Origin: Bdellovibrionales bacterium
Lineage (GTDB): Bacteria > Bdellovibrionota > Bdellovibrionia > Bdellovibrionales > JAGQZY01
Length of the DNA stretch: 64,000 bases
Assembly (NCBI GenBank): GCA_031426555.1
Contig: JANPLN010000018.1
Span: 256 to 64,255 of the forward strand
Direction of reading: 5' to 3'
The stretch's first letter is position 1. Each line of letters begins with the position of its first letter. The notes beneath the pieces are model-generated. The model worked only from the letters and a program-made list of their open reading frames with translations. It did not search any database and was not told where the DNA came from. This document shows, one piece after another, positions 22,593 to 33,389 of this stretch. The position numbers and the translations under genes were made by a program.

Positions 22593-25240
22593 TTAGCAGT
22601 GAGTGTGCCTGCAGAAGATTTCTTCTTCTGTGGGCTTAATTGTTCTCGGTACGACTTCAAATAAATCCCCGTTATGCTTTTTTTGTTTTCGATAATTTGT
22701 TCAGGTGTTCCTACAGCAATAATTTCTCCCCCGCCATCGCCGCCCTCAGGCCCCATGTCGATGACGTAATCCGAAGAAAAAATCAGATCTAAGTTGTGCT
22801 CAATCACGATGACGGTGTTTCCCTTGTCTGTGAGTTTGTGCAATATCTGCGATAGTTTTGCGATGTCATGGGTGTGTAAACCCGTGGTAGGTTCGTCCAA
22901 AATATAAATTGTTTTAGAGGAGGACTGTTTTGAAAGCTCGCGGCTCAATTTTATTCTTTGAGCTTCACCGCCAGACAAAGTTGTGGAGCTTTGTCCAAGA
23001 GTCATGTAATCCAAGCCAACATCATTTAAAAAGTTAAGTTTTTTGAAAATGGCAGAATGATGTTCAAAGAACGGCAGAGCTTCCGCTACGGACATTGCAA
23101 GTACGTCCGCAATATTTTTATCTTTGTAACGGATCAATAAGGTTTCTTGCGAGTATCGACGACCATTGCAAACATCGCAGAGTACGAAAGAATCTGCTAA
23201 AAAGTGCATGCTTGTTCGAATCATTCCTGCGCCCTGGCAGGCTTCGCAGCGCCCACCCTTTACGTTAAAACTAAAATGACCAGGTTTATATCCGCGCATT
23301 TTAGCATCTTGAAGGTTGGCAAAAAGATCGCGTATCAGAGGAAACAAACCAACATACGTTGCGGGACACGAGCGAGGAGTTCGACCAATCGGTTTTTGGT
23401 TGATTGGCAGCGCGCGCTCAATGGACTCAAACCCTTTAATATTTTTAATGGCGCCCGCAGGATATTGAACTCTGCTCAGACGATTCAAAAGTTGCGGTAG
23501 CAAGGTATCCATAATGAGCGTGGACTTGCCACTGCCCGACACGCCGGCAATGGCGATGAGAGCCCCCAAGGGCAACTTCACATCAACAGATTTAAGGTTA
23601 TTTGCGGTGGCACCCTCAATAGTTAGCCAGTCAGCAAACTCAGTTCGACGAGCCGCAGGCAGCGGAAAAGTGAGCTTTCGGGATAAATACTTTCCTGTAA
23701 GACTGTTTGGTGACGCCAGAATATCTTGCACCGTACCTGCCGCCAGAATTTCACCACCCTTGGAGCCAGCGCCAGGACCCACATCGATCACATAGTCGGC
23801 AGCGAGAATGGTTTCCTCGTCGTGCTCAACCACAAGGATCGTGTTTCCGCGATTTTTAATTTCGTTAAGGAGACGTAAGATATTTTTATGATCGCGAGGA
23901 TGGAGTCCGATGCTCGGTTCATCGAGAACATAGAGCACGCCAATCAATGGTGCTCCCACCTGCGAAGCCAAACGAATGCGCTGGGCCTCTCCACCGGAGA
24001 GCGTGCGCGCGCGACGGCCTAGGCTCAAATAGCCTGCTCCCGCGATGACCAAATAATCCAAACGTTGTTTAAGTTCGGCGAGAATTTTATCAGCGATCTC
24101 TTTATAGGATCCTGAAAGTTTTAAAGCCTGTAAAAAACCCAGTAATGAGGAAATAGACGCCGATGAAAGATCGACGATGTTTTTACTATCGATAAATACA
24201 TTGAGCGCATCGCTTTTAAGACCGGTTCCCTTACAGGCGGCGCAATCTCTCAAAGTTACAATTTCCGGGCCATCTTCATCATCAGAAGTTTCGCCTTTGA
24301 TTTTCCATTTGGTTTCTTTTCGGCGAACCTGCTCATCACCCTTGGTAAGGGTTTCTTCTTCGTATTCATAGATGTCTAAAGTTCCCAACCCAGCACAGGC
24401 CTCGCAAGCCCCCTTGGGACTATTAAAACTAAAAAGAAGCGGATCGATTTCTGAAAAGCTGTACCCGCATTGCGGACAGGCTCTTTGAGTTGAGAAGGTC
24501 GTTGAAGTTTTTTGGTCGAGGTCCTCGACAATCACATTTCCCTCACCGTGCAAGATGGCTTTGTGAAGGCTTTCCGCAATACGAGTGGAAAAACGTGGCT
24601 CCACAAGAACTTTATCAATGACGAGGTCGATGTCGTGTCTCTTTGTTTTTGCAAGTTTTAAAGATTCATTAATATTTACAAACTCACTATCGATGCGAGC
24701 GCTAACAAGGCCGAGTTTAGACCATTTTTGAAACTCTTTACTAAACTCACCCTTTTTTGAACGGGCAACCGATGCGTAGATGATAATTTTTGTACTCTTT
24801 TTAAGGGACATGACCTTGTTGATGATTTCTTCGGGCAACTGCCCTTCAACCGGAATGTGGTGCGTGGGACAGTGAGCGGTTCCCACCTTAGCAAACAGTA
24901 AGCGGAGAAAATCATAGATCTCGGTGACCGTCCCAACTGTGGAGCGCGGACTGTTGCTAATTGTTTTTTGATCGATAGCAATGGACGGCGAGAGCCCGGT
25001 GATTGAATCCACATCTGGTTTTTTGAGTTGGTCTAAAAAGTGTCGGGCGTAGACAGAGAGACTGTCCATGTAGCGTCTTTGCCCTTCTGCATAGATGGTG
25101 TCAAAGGCGAGGCTCGATTTGCCCGAGCCACTCAAACCTGTGATCACGGTCATTTTATTTTTTGGGATCGAGACCGAAACATTTTTTAGATTGTGTTCGC
25201 GGGCACCGCGAACATCGATAAACAGATTTTTTTTAATCAT
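22586..25240 (-). CDS. uvrA: Excinuclease ABC subunit A with short insertion domain
   Basis: GLSGSGKSSLAFDT, two LSGGEAQR signatures, GVSGSGKS, zinc-binding CxxC pairs. Confidence 0.95.
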   Translation of the reverse strand: MIKKNLFIDVRGAREHNLKNVSVSIPKNKMTVITGLSGSGKSSLAFDTIYAEGQRRYMDSLSVYARHFLDQLKKPDVDSITGLSPSIAIDQKTISNSPRSTVGTVTEIYDFLRLLFAKVGTAHCPTHHIPVEGQLPEEIINKVMSLKKSTKIIIYASVARSKKGEFSKEFQKWSKLGLVSARIDSEFVNINESLKLAKTKRHDIDLVIDKVLVEPRFSTRIAESLHKAILHGEGNVIVEDLDQKTSTTFSTQRACPQCGYSFSEIDPLLFSFNSPKGACEACAGLGTLDIYEYEEETLTKGDEQVRRKETKWKIKGETSDDEDGPEIVTLRDCAACKGTGLKSDALNVFIDSKNIVDLSSASISSLLGFLQALKLSGSYKEIADKILAELKQRLDYLVIAGAGYLSLGRRARTLSGGEAQRIRLASQVGAPLIGVLYVLDEPSIGLHPRDHKNILRLLNEIKNRGNTILVVEHDEETILAADYVIDVGPGAGSKGGEILAAGTVQDILASPNSLTGKYLSRKLTFPLPAARRTEFADWLTIEGATANNLKSVDVKLPLGALIAIAGVSGSGKSTLIMDTLLPQLLNRLSRVQYPAGAIKNIKGFESIERALPINQKPIGRTPRSCPATYVGLFPLIRDLFANLQDAKMRGYKPGHFSFNVKGGRCEACQGAGMIRTSMHFLADSFVLCDVCNGRRYSQETLLIRYKDKNIADVLAMSVAEALPFFEHHSAIFKKLNFLNDVGLDYMTLGQSSTTLSGGEAQRIKLSRELSKQSSSKTIYILDEPTTGLHTHDIAKLSQILHKLTDKGNTVIVIEHNLDLIFSSDYVIDMGPEGGDGGGEIIAVGTPEQIIENKKSITGIYLKSYREQLSPQKKKSSAGTLTANY

Positions 25241-26601
25241 AAAAGAGGCTCAATCACCTTCAAGACAGAGGATTTGATTTCTTCAAGTCTTTCAGGTGTG
25301 CTCGATTCAAATCGCACCACCACCACCGGCTGAGTATTGGACGCTCTCACTAAAGCCCAACCGTCGGTGTAACTCACACGAACACCATCGATAAAATTTA
25401 AGGTAACGCCGCTTTGCTTTTTAAAATATTCAGTTAATGCGGACACAATTGTTTTCTTTTTCTCTTCGGTGGTATCAAGACGAATTTCTGGAGTATTAAA
25501 GGCGCCAGGCACTCCCGCGAGGAGCTCCTTCAAAGAGAGGCCAGATTCAGATAAAATTTCGATCAAACGCAAGCCGGCATACAGGGCGTCGTCATAGCCG
25601 TAATTCCTATCGGCAAAAAAGATGTGCCCGCTAAGTTCTCCGCCGAATGGAGCGTGTTCCTCTTTAATCTTATTTTTGATAAGACTGTGCCCGGTTTTCC
25701 ACATGATCGGTTGGCCGCCATGTTTTGCAATGTCCGCGTACAGGCGATCGGTGCACTTCACATCGCCAATGATTTTAGCACCCGGAATTTTTTTAAGAAT
25801 GTCTCGAGACCAAATCACCATGAGCTCATCGCCCAGCAAAAAACGCCCAGCCTCATCCACCACACCGATGCGGTCACAGTCGCCATCAAAGCCAATACCA
25901 ACTCTGGCTTTGGTTGCAATAACTCTCGCTTTCAGCTCAGTCAAATTTTCTTCAACGGTCGGATCAGGGTGATGGTTTGGAAAACGACCATCGGGTTTTT
26001 CGAAAATAATTTCCGGAGTGAGACCAACGGCCTCATACATGCGTCGAGCAATACACCCAGCAGCGCCGTTGCCACAATCTACAACGATGGGAATATTTTT
26101 TAAGCCGGAAAACTCTTTTTTGTAGCGCTCGACATAGTCGGGAAAGATATCAAAGCTGCGGACAGAGCCTTTGCCATTTACGTAATCGGCTTTTGACATC
26201 ATTTTTCCAAGCTCTTGGATATCATCGCCGAACAAAGTGGATTTGCCGTAAGAGATTTTGAAGCCGTTGTAGTCAGGTGGGTTGTGACTTCCGGTGATCA
26301 TAATTCCACCATCAGCTTGCAATTGGAACATGGAAAAATAAGAAATGGGAGTTGTAATCAAGCCAAGAGTGATGACTTCGGCACCGGAGTCGATAAGCCC
26401 GCGGACAACAGCTTTTTCGATATCGGGGCTAGAAAGCCTTGCATCGTAGCCAACAGTGACTTTTGGTTTTGCAACCCCACGCTTCACAATAAAAGAACAA
26501 ATGGCCCTTGCGAGATCTTCGGCAAAGGTAAGATCAAAGTCTTTTTGATAAACACCACGGATGTCATATTCGCGGAAAATAAATTCTTTATGCATGCTCA
26601 C
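25237..26601 (-). CDS. Phosphomannomutase/phosphoglucomutase
   Basis: FREYDIRG, TGSHNP, FDGDCDR, GELSGH, RASNTQP. Confidence 0.95.
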   Translation of the reverse strand: MSMHKEFIFREYDIRGVYQKDFDLTFAEDLARAICSFIVKRGVAKPKVTVGYDARLSSPDIEKAVVRGLIDSGAEVITLGLITTPISYFSMFQLQADGGIMITGSHNPPDYNGFKISYGKSTLFGDDIQELGKMMSKADYVNGKGSVRSFDIFPDYVERYKKEFSGLKNIPIVVDCGNGAAGCIARRMYEAVGLTPEIIFEKPDGRFPNHHPDPTVEENLTELKARVIATKARVGIGFDGDCDRIGVVDEAGRFLLGDELMVIWSRDILKKIPGAKIIGDVKCTDRLYADIAKHGGQPIMWKTGHSLIKNKIKEEHAPFGGELSGHIFFADRNYGYDDALYAGLRLIEILSESGLSLKELLAGVPGAFNTPEIRLDTTEEKKKTIVSALTEYFKKQSGVTLNFIDGVRVSYTDGWALVRASNTQPVVVVRFESSTPERLEEIKSSVLKVIEPLL

Positions 26602-26607
26602 CTCTTA

Positions 26608-27591
26608 CTAAAAAGAGTCGGGTTTAAAGGCAGAACGACTCAGCACTATAGCGTGTTTTATGGCCTCTTGCATAGAGGTAGAGTCGGCTTTATTTTTTCC
26701 AAAAAGATCCTTGGCCGTTCCGTGATCCACACTGGTGCGGATAAACGGCAGCCCCATTGTCATGTGGCAGCCGGAATGCTCGTGTGACATTTTAAATGGG
26801 ATAAGACCCTGGTCATGGTAAGGGGTTACAAAAAAATCGTACTTCTTAATATTCTTTTTCGTAAAAGCTGCGTCAGGAACCAATGGACCGTGCACGGGGA
26901 ACGAAGTTTCTGTGAGCTTTTTAACAAGTGGCATAAAGAATTTAGTCTCCTCGAGGCCAATCAACCCCTCCTCGCCAGCATGGGGATTGAGGCCTACCAA
27001 AGCGATTTGTGGCTTAGCGGCCTTTGTTTTCATACGCAAGCAAAGATGGTGGGCAGCGTTCAGTGCAAGCTCTAGGCGTTCAGTATTTATCGCGCCCGCC
27101 ACTTGCGAGATCGGTAAATGCCCCGATGCGAGAAGCACATGGTAATGTTTCCCCAAAAACGTCATAAACAAATGTTTTTTACCCGAGACTCTGGCGAGAA
27201 TATCGGTGTGGCCTAAATCTTTAAATCCCGACTGTGCAATCAACGTTTTAGAAAGCGGTGCGGTCACTATCGCATCAATCGATTTTAGCAAAGCGCCCTG
27301 AGCCGAAGTTTCCACCCACACCGGCGGCGGCGAAGTTGAAACGATATCAACGATCAGCTTTTTCGCCGGTGCGACACGCAAAGCTTCATGCCATGAAGGC
27401 ACAGACACCCGTTTAAATTTTTTATCAATCAACTGCAGCCAGCGCCGACCAAATGTCGGCGACCGCCATAGAAAAAACTGCACATCTTTAAGAACACCAA
27501 TTTTCAGCAAAGCCTTGGCACAAACCTCTGGACCGATTCCATCTTGGTCGCCAGAAGTGATGACTATCCGGAGCTTCTTATTTGTCGCCAT
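26608..27591 (-). CDS. pdxA: 4-hydroxythreonine-4-phosphate dehydrogenase
   Basis: GDQDGIGPE, GLNPHAGE, YHDQGL, RTSVDHGTA. Confidence 0.93.
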   Translation of the reverse strand: MATNKKLRIVITSGDQDGIGPEVCAKALLKIGVLKDVQFFLWRSPTFGRRWLQLIDKKFKRVSVPSWHEALRVAPAKKLIVDIVSTSPPPVWVETSAQGALLKSIDAIVTAPLSKTLIAQSGFKDLGHTDILARVSGKKHLFMTFLGKHYHVLLASGHLPISQVAGAINTERLELALNAAHHLCLRMKTKAAKPQIALVGLNPHAGEEGLIGLEETKFFMPLVKKLTETSFPVHGPLVPDAAFTKKNIKKYDFFVTPYHDQGLIPFKMSHEHSGCHMTMGLPFIRTSVDHGTAKDLFGKNKADSTSMQEAIKHAIVLSRSAFKPDSF

Positions 27592-28486
27592 TTACCTTGA
27601 CCACGGCCATACGGCGCTTTTGATTGATCCAGTAATCGAGTTGCTCTTTATAATTTTTAGTAAAGAGGATTTGAAAAATTTGCTGACGACGTCTTTCGAA
27701 GTCGGGGTTATTCACAATCTTTTTTTGATTCAATTTAAAAATATGAAATCCTAGCGGAGATTGAACAACCTGACTCGTTTCATTGGCTTTGAGTTTGGAA
27801 ATTGAATTTTCGATAACCGGCTGCATTTCACCACTTTTAAAAACACCAAAAGAATCATCTTTGCTTTTTGGGTTGTATTTGTTGTGAACAGCCGAAAACG
27901 CCTGCCCTTCGGCAATCATCCGCTGGGCCTCGCGAGCCTGTTGTTCAGACGCGAACAAAATATGCGAAAGATTGTATTCAAAACCCTGTCCTGCGGAAGT
28001 TCCCTTGGTTTGTGAGGAGTAAAAATCGAGGATATCATCGTCGGAAATCTTAATCTTAGAGCCAACGTAATAGTTAATAACTTCTCTACGCGCAAGACTG
28101 CGCTTTAAAAAGTTTTTATAATCTTTAATAGTTAGATTTTTTTGAGCGAGAAGCGACGACAGATGTTTTTCGCCACCCTTCGCCGCAATCTCCTTTACAA
28201 CTCGATCTTCGGCAACATTGATTCCCAGCTTTTTACCTTCGGAATCTATAATTTTTTCGTTGATCACTTTATCTATAAGAATTTTACGATCTTTGGTGGC
28301 TGCTTCGATGGCGGCGTCATCCGAAAAAAGCAAATCTTCGTAAAGGAGTCTTCCTTGTAACTGTTTCTGATAGGTTTCGAGGTCGGAGGTCGTGATGACT
28401 TCGTCATTCACGGTGGCATAGATTCGATCGATCAAGGTTTGCGAAAAGGCCAGAGAAAAAAAGTAAAAAGCCATTTTCAAAATCAT
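27578..28486 (-). CDS. SurA-like periplasmic chaperone/parvulin PPIase
   Basis: DRIYATVNDEVIT (SurA N-domain), SHIL, SPLGFHI; directly upstream of pdxA. Confidence 0.85.
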   Translation of the reverse strand: MILKMAFYFFSLAFSQTLIDRIYATVNDEVITTSDLETYQKQLQGRLLYEDLLFSDDAAIEAATKDRKILIDKVINEKIIDSEGKKLGINVAEDRVVKEIAAKGGEKHLSSLLAQKNLTIKDYKNFLKRSLARREVINYYVGSKIKISDDDILDFYSSQTKGTSAGQGFEYNLSHILFASEQQAREAQRMIAEGQAFSAVHNKYNPKSKDDSFGVFKSGEMQPVIENSISKLKANETSQVVQSPLGFHIFKLNQKKIVNNPDFERRRQQIFQILFTKNYKEQLDYWINQKRRMAVVKVNGDK

Positions 28487-29406
28487 AGGGTCTCCTGATA
28501 GTGCGAAGTAATAGTATGAATGAGTCTCTCATTTGTAGAGACCTTCACCGTTTTGGTTTGTGTTTCTAGCCACTGAAGATACGCAGTGTCTTTCTTTCTA
28601 TCCAGTAATTCCCGGCGAAGAGTCTCTTTAACAGCAATGAGCGACTGAACTGTCGGTTTTTTAACCTCAAGAACTTTGTAGAGGTAAAATCCGCCTGGGC
28701 CGGCAATGGGCTTCCGCACTAGGCCCGCTGGCTGCTGGGAGAGCCACTTGGCTTGGTTTGAAATGTTCGCCTCTTGCCAGCCCAAGTGACCGCCAGAGGC
28801 ACCCTCAGGAGACAAAGAGAACTTTTTGGCCATTTCCTCGAAGGCGGAGCCAGTTGCAATTTTTGTGAGGACGGATTGAGCATCTTCCTGTTTTGACAAA
28901 AGGATTTGTTGAACGCGCGCTGAAGCAGTGCTCAGAATTGGCGATTTTTTTTTGTACGCTTCAGCAATTTCTTCGTCCGAAACAACCAAAGTTTTTTCGA
29001 GATCTGCGAAAAAATGATTTTTAATAATTTGTAAACGGACATGATTTTCTAAAAGATTTTTGGCTGGCGCAGCTTCAAAGATAAAATCTGTTGGGGTCCC
29101 CGTAGAATCGGTGCCCTTGTGCCCCAGGTAGGCTGCGACCTCGGACGAACTTACGGCGATTTTTTTTTGCTTGGCCCAGGAAAATAAAAAGCCCTCTTCG
29201 ATTAATTCTTTTTCGAGCTGTTGAGAGAATAAATTAATGAGTTCCGTATTTTTGATATGGAGCCCGTCGACGTTTTTTAACTTTTCCAGGAGGCGGTCGG
29301 CAAAATATTGCTCGGTAAAAGCCAGATCGCCCACACGCAGGATGGCGTCGTTGGTTTTGAAAAAAGAGCATCCACTGAATAAGAGACAAAAAAACAATCG
29401 TCGCAT
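28483..29406 (-). CDS. Parvulin-type PPIase lipoprotein
   Basis: FSG-C lipobox; FEEMAKKFS.SPEGASGGHLGW. Confidence 0.85.
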   Translation of the reverse strand: MRRLFFCLLFSGCSFFKTNDAILRVGDLAFTEQYFADRLLEKLKNVDGLHIKNTELINLFSQQLEKELIEEGFLFSWAKQKKIAVSSSEVAAYLGHKGTDSTGTPTDFIFEAAPAKNLLENHVRLQIIKNHFFADLEKTLVVSDEEIAEAYKKKSPILSTASARVQQILLSKQEDAQSVLTKIATGSAFEEMAKKFSLSPEGASGGHLGWQEANISNQAKWLSQQPAGLVRKPIAGPGGFYLYKVLEVKKPTVQSLIAVKETLRRELLDRKKDTAYLQWLETQTKTVKVSTNERLIHTITSHYQETL

Positions 29407-29453
29407 GATCCAAAGACACTACATTAATTTTAATCTGGAGGCATTTTAAATGT

Positions 29454-30269
29454 TTACTGTCCTAGGGCTGCTTTATTTACCTGGATCTTATACTTGCTGC
29501 GAAGGTTCGTAATAAATTGATCGAACAACGCCTTTTTCTTTTCCTCTTGAACGGCGAGGCGCAGCATAGCGTGATCAGCATCGTTATACGTCTTTTTGGC
29601 AGTCAGCTTTACTATAAAAAAGCCGAAAGGGGTTTCAATCAACGAAGAGACTTGTCCGGCGTTCAACTTGCTTACGGGATTGTAAATAGATGGGTAAAGT
29701 GTCAGTCGAGTCTGCCAGCCGATATCCCCTCCCAACTTATTCGAGAGAGGATCGTCGCTGTAAATTTTGACCAAATCTTCAAATTTTCTTTGGCTTTTTC
29801 GCACGGTCTCAAAGATGTCTTGAGCGCGCTTACGGGCTTCTTTTTTCTGATCGGCGGTCGCATCCGGTCGTACCTCAATCATGATCTGACTGGCTCTGAG
29901 CTCGGGATTTCGATTGTAGTAAGATTTCATCTCCGCCTCGTTGGCGGTGATCTTAATGGTTTTTGGTGCCAACTCTTTCTCGATAAACCCCTTATAAAGC
30001 TCCTGTCGCATGCGCTCGCGAATGGCGGGATCTTGATCCAATCCTCTTTTTTGCGCCTCCTGCAACCCAACCTCGTAGCCGATGAGGTCGTCTAAAAACT
30101 TCTTTTTGTCGGGCATTTCAATCACTTGGTTTTTTAAGAGTGCATACTTTTCCTCAAACTCTTTGAGGCTAATTTCTTTATTACCAATTTTAGCGAGAAC
30201 TTGTGCCTGGGATAAACAAACAAAAAAATAAAACGAAACAAAGAAAAATAAACGCACGCTGTTCCTCAC
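29454..30269 (-). CDS. Parvulin-type PPIase (PrsA/PpiC-like), exported
   Basis: Signal peptide; RASQI, YSDD...GGDIGW, ETPFGFFIVK. Confidence 0.88.
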   Translation of the reverse strand: MRNSVRLFFFVSFYFFVCLSQAQVLAKIGNKEISLKEFEEKYALLKNQVIEMPDKKKFLDDLIGYEVGLQEAQKRGLDQDPAIRERMRQELYKGFIEKELAPKTIKITANEAEMKSYYNRNPELRASQIMIEVRPDATADQKKEARKRAQDIFETVRKSQRKFEDLVKIYSDDPLSNKLGGDIGWQTRLTLYPSIYNPVSKLNAGQVSSLIETPFGFFIVKLTAKKTYNDADHAMLRLAVQEEKKKALFDQFITNLRSKYKIQVNKAALGQ

Positions 30270-30410
30270 TGTTGCAGATTGAAACTTGTCCCTATTCTAG
30301 CAGAGCTCTGGTGGCGGGTCTATTTTCGCGCAGAGTTTAGACGAAAGTATTGACATTAATTCGCAATAATCAAATCCTATTGAGACAAATGACAACAAGG
30401 GGACACAACA

Positions 30411-30872
30411 GTGAGAAAGCTTTGTATTTTTATGAGCGCCGTTCTTTTTTTAGGCGCCTGTGAGCAGGAAAATCTTGTCGATGCCGACGGCAATTCCGAC
30501 ATCTTTAAAGAGAAACCACAGGCCACTATCGACAAAACAAAGATCACTGGTCTTTGGGAGTCCAACGGGATATTTGATGGAGCCATGTCGCAAAAAGTTC
30601 GTATTCGATTTGCTCAAAAACAGGAAAAGGTGACCCTTGGTTCAGAATGCAAATACACCGATGGCACGACACTTTACGCGCAAGTCGAAGCGCCTGCGGT
30701 TTTTAAGAATAACGGGGCCGAGATCACTGCTGCTGATCAAGATTACACAGCAAAACAAAACGGAAATATTAAATACGATTGCTTTGCGAGTGTCGTTCCT
30801 GTATTTTTAAAGATTGGTCTTAACGGAAAAATTAATTTAGAAGACTTTACTCTTGTTAAAATTGCCGATTAG
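30411..30872 (+). CDS. Hypothetical beta-rich lipoprotein
   Basis: LGA-C lipobox, AAGGGG RBS before GTG, ITGLWES (lipocalin-like GxW). Confidence 0.7.
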   Translation: MRKLCIFMSAVLFLGACEQENLVDADGNSDIFKEKPQATIDKTKITGLWESNGIFDGAMSQKVRIRFAQKQEKVTLGSECKYTDGTTLYAQVEAPAVFKNNGAEITAADQDYTAKQNGNIKYDCFASVVPVFLKIGLNGKINLEDFTLVKIAD

Positions 30873-30876
30873 CACT

Positions 30877-31512
30877 TTAGATTTTTCCAACACTCTTCAT
30901 GCATTCGGCACGGCCCGCATGAAGAGCTTGTGCGAGCGGCGGAAGATAGCTCTCAAGGGGTTGCGTAGGATCGTATGCGATGGGTTCGCCCCACTGGATA
31001 ACAATCCGACTGAATGGAAGAGGAAGCTCGGACTTATTCCACGATTTTTTAAAAATAAACGACCGCGAACACGCCATGTTGATTGGTAAAATCGGAACTT
31101 TCAACACGCGTGCGATTTCGACCACGCCGAGTTTTACGACGTGACGAGGTCCGCGAGGTCCATCCACCGCCACGCTGGGACGCCAACCCTCTTTGGCTAA
31201 ACGCAAAATGCCCTTAAGAGCTTGAACAGCCCCTCGAGACGAGGACCCTCGCACCGCTTTTGAGCCAAAATGATGAATCATGCGCGCTACAAGTTCGCCA
31301 TCAAAACTTTGCGAAACCATACAAGCCACGCGATAGCGTTTAAGAAGATGTAGAATGCCCAACTCTTCTCCGTGCCAATGGGCCACCACAAAAGTTTTGT
31401 TGTTTTTTAAAAGCTCTTTAAGAGCTGCGGTCTCGCGGATTTCAATGGTCCACGTGAACTGGAAAAGGCGATAGAGAAAATATAATAAATAAGAAGCAAA
31501 AAAAGCTTTCAT
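30877..31512 (-). CDS. DUF374 / lysophospholipid acyltransferase-like protein
   Basis: WHG, S.S.DG, VRGSSSRG, VDGPRGP, WNK..LPLPF. Confidence 0.85.
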   Translation of the reverse strand: MKAFFASYLLYFLYRLFQFTWTIEIRETAALKELLKNNKTFVVAHWHGEELGILHLLKRYRVACMVSQSFDGELVARMIHHFGSKAVRGSSSRGAVQALKGILRLAKEGWRPSVAVDGPRGPRHVVKLGVVEIARVLKVPILPINMACSRSFIFKKSWNKSELPLPFSRIVIQWGEPIAYDPTQPLESYLPPLAQALHAGRAECMKSVGKI

Positions 31513-31520
31513 TCGGTGGT

Positions 31521-32468
31521 TTATTTGTGCAGAGCTTTCAGTTCTTCCGTCAATGCGGGAAGAATCTGAAACACATCGCCCACAAGCCCGTAGGTGGCCT
31601 TTTGAAAAATTGGAGCCTTCTCATCGCTGTTAATGGCAACAATCACTTTGCTACTGCTCATCCCAGCTAAATGCTGGATGGCACCCGAAATGGCGGCGGC
31701 AATGTATAAGCTTGGGGCCACCGTTTTCCCAGTCTGCCCCACCTGCATGGAATGCGGAACCCAGCCCAAGTCCACAACAGCGCGTGATGCACCCACCGTG
31801 GCTCCCAGTGGCGCTGCGAGATCGTGGATCAGCTTAAAATTATCGGCCTCTTTCAGTCCACGCCCACCGGAGACAATAACATTCGCCTCTGTAAGATCCA
31901 GGGTGGAAGCCGAAGATTTTTCAACCGTCGTCAAGGTCGCGGCGGGTGCGGCCGCATCGATGGTAACGGTCTCGCACGCCGTGGATTTGTTTGCAGGCGT
32001 CACAGGCAATTGATTGGGGCGCACAAGTAATACCTTGGTGCCCTCGCCAACAAAATCCACCGAAGCCAAGCACTTGCCGGAATACATAGGACGTTTCGCA
32101 CGCAGCGGAGAAAGTTGCAGTTCAGTGAGATCGCTCACAAAGGCGCTATCGAGGCGCACAGCAAGCCGCGCGAAAACATCGCGATTCAAAGTGTTCGAGC
32201 TCGCCAGAATAAAATCAGGTTTTTCTTTTTCCACAGCTTTTGCAACAGCGTCCACGTAGGCCAATGGATTTGGCTTGTCGAGTGGTGCAGCTTCTCCAAC
32301 ATAAAAGCGGCTCACACCCCAAGTGCCAAGATCGGCAACGCTTGCACCGCCGGGCCCCAGGGACATTCCGACAATTTCGGCGCCAGCGGCATTGGCAGCT
32401 GTCAAAAGCTCCTGACTGCTACTTTTCATTTTTCCATTTGCGATATCAATAAAAACAAAAACTTTCAT
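31521..32468 (-). CDS. etfA: Electron transfer flavoprotein subunit alpha
   Basis: [32 protein letters not shown]. Confidence 0.96.
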   Translation of the reverse strand: MKVFVFIDIANGKMKSSSQELLTAANAAGAEIVGMSLGPGGASVADLGTWGVSRFYVGEAAPLDKPNPLAYVDAVAKAVEKEKPDFILASSNTLNRDVFARLAVRLDSAFVSDLTELQLSPLRAKRPMYSGKCLASVDFVGEGTKVLLVRPNQLPVTPANKSTACETVTIDAAAPAATLTTVEKSSASTLDLTEANVIVSGGRGLKEADNFKLIHDLAAPLGATVGASRAVVDLGWVPHSMQVGQTGKTVAPSLYIAAAISGAIQHLAGMSSSKVIVAINSDEKAPIFQKATYGLVGDVFQILPALTEELKALHK

Positions 32469-32477
32469 CGGAGCTCC

Positions 32478-33254
32478 TTATAGAACTTTGGCTTCTTCGC
32501 GCAAGAGACGAACGAGTTCTTTAGCCTGTTGTTGTGGTTCACCAGCAATCATTTTGCAGGCCGGTCGGTCTTTGGGTAATTCAAAATTTGCAAGCTTCAC
32601 TTTTGAGGACGCCGGGTTCACGCCGAGATCTGCCATGGAGACCTCCTTCATAGGTTTCTTCTTGGCTTTCATAATTCCAGGCAGGCTCGCAAAGCGCGGT
32701 TTATTTAAGCCCTTATTTGCGGCGATCAATACCGGCGCGGGAACTGTGTAGGTTTCGGCATTGCCACCTTCCACTTCGCGTTTCACCGTAAGGTTATTGC
32801 CGGAGTAGGAGATGGAAGACACAACGGACACGTGCGGAATTTTTAAAAGCTCGGCAAGCATGGGGCCTGTGGCCGAAAAACTACCGTCGATGGAAAGTTT
32901 CCCGGTAAAGATCAAATGGGGAGCGCCTTCTTTTTGAACGGCGGCAGCCAAGGCCTTGGCTGTGGTTAAAGAATCTAATGCTTCAGAACAATCGATTAAT
33001 AAAGAATCATCCGCGCCCATGGCCATGGCGGTGAGCAAGGCGCTGTTGACGCGAGCCTTGGGGCCAACGGTGACGGCTGTAATTTGCGCTTGCGGATTGG
33101 CCTCTTTAAACTTGATGGCTTCTTCGATGGCGAATTCATCATAAGGATTAATCACCCATTTGACACCGGTTTCATCCAGTTGCGATCCAGATGGTGCCAC
33201 TTTGATCCTGGTTTCGGTATCGGGAACTTGTTTTAGGCAGATATAAATACGCAC
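32478..33254 (-). CDS. etfB: Electron transfer flavoprotein subunit beta
   Basis: CLKQVPD, NPYDEFAIEEA, PRFASLPGIM. GGAGG RBS before GTG 33254. Confidence 0.96.
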   Translation of the reverse strand: MRIYICLKQVPDTETRIKVAPSGSQLDETGVKWVINPYDEFAIEEAIKFKEANPQAQITAVTVGPKARVNSALLTAMAMGADDSLLIDCSEALDSLTTAKALAAAVQKEGAPHLIFTGKLSIDGSFSATGPMLAELLKIPHVSVVSSISYSGNNLTVKREVEGGNAETYTVPAPVLIAANKGLNKPRFASLPGIMKAKKKPMKEVSMADLGVNPASSKVKLANFELPKDRPACKMIAGEPQQQAKELVRLLREEAKVL

Positions 33255-33389
33255 GAGTCCTCCTGGAAAGTTCAAGTGCGTTATCGCAAGAAAACAGCAA
33301 AGAATAAAGTATTATTCTTACGTTTTCTAGACAGCCTGCAAGAAATTCGGTAAAGTGAGGCATTAAATTTTCTGCAAGGAGTGAGAGTC

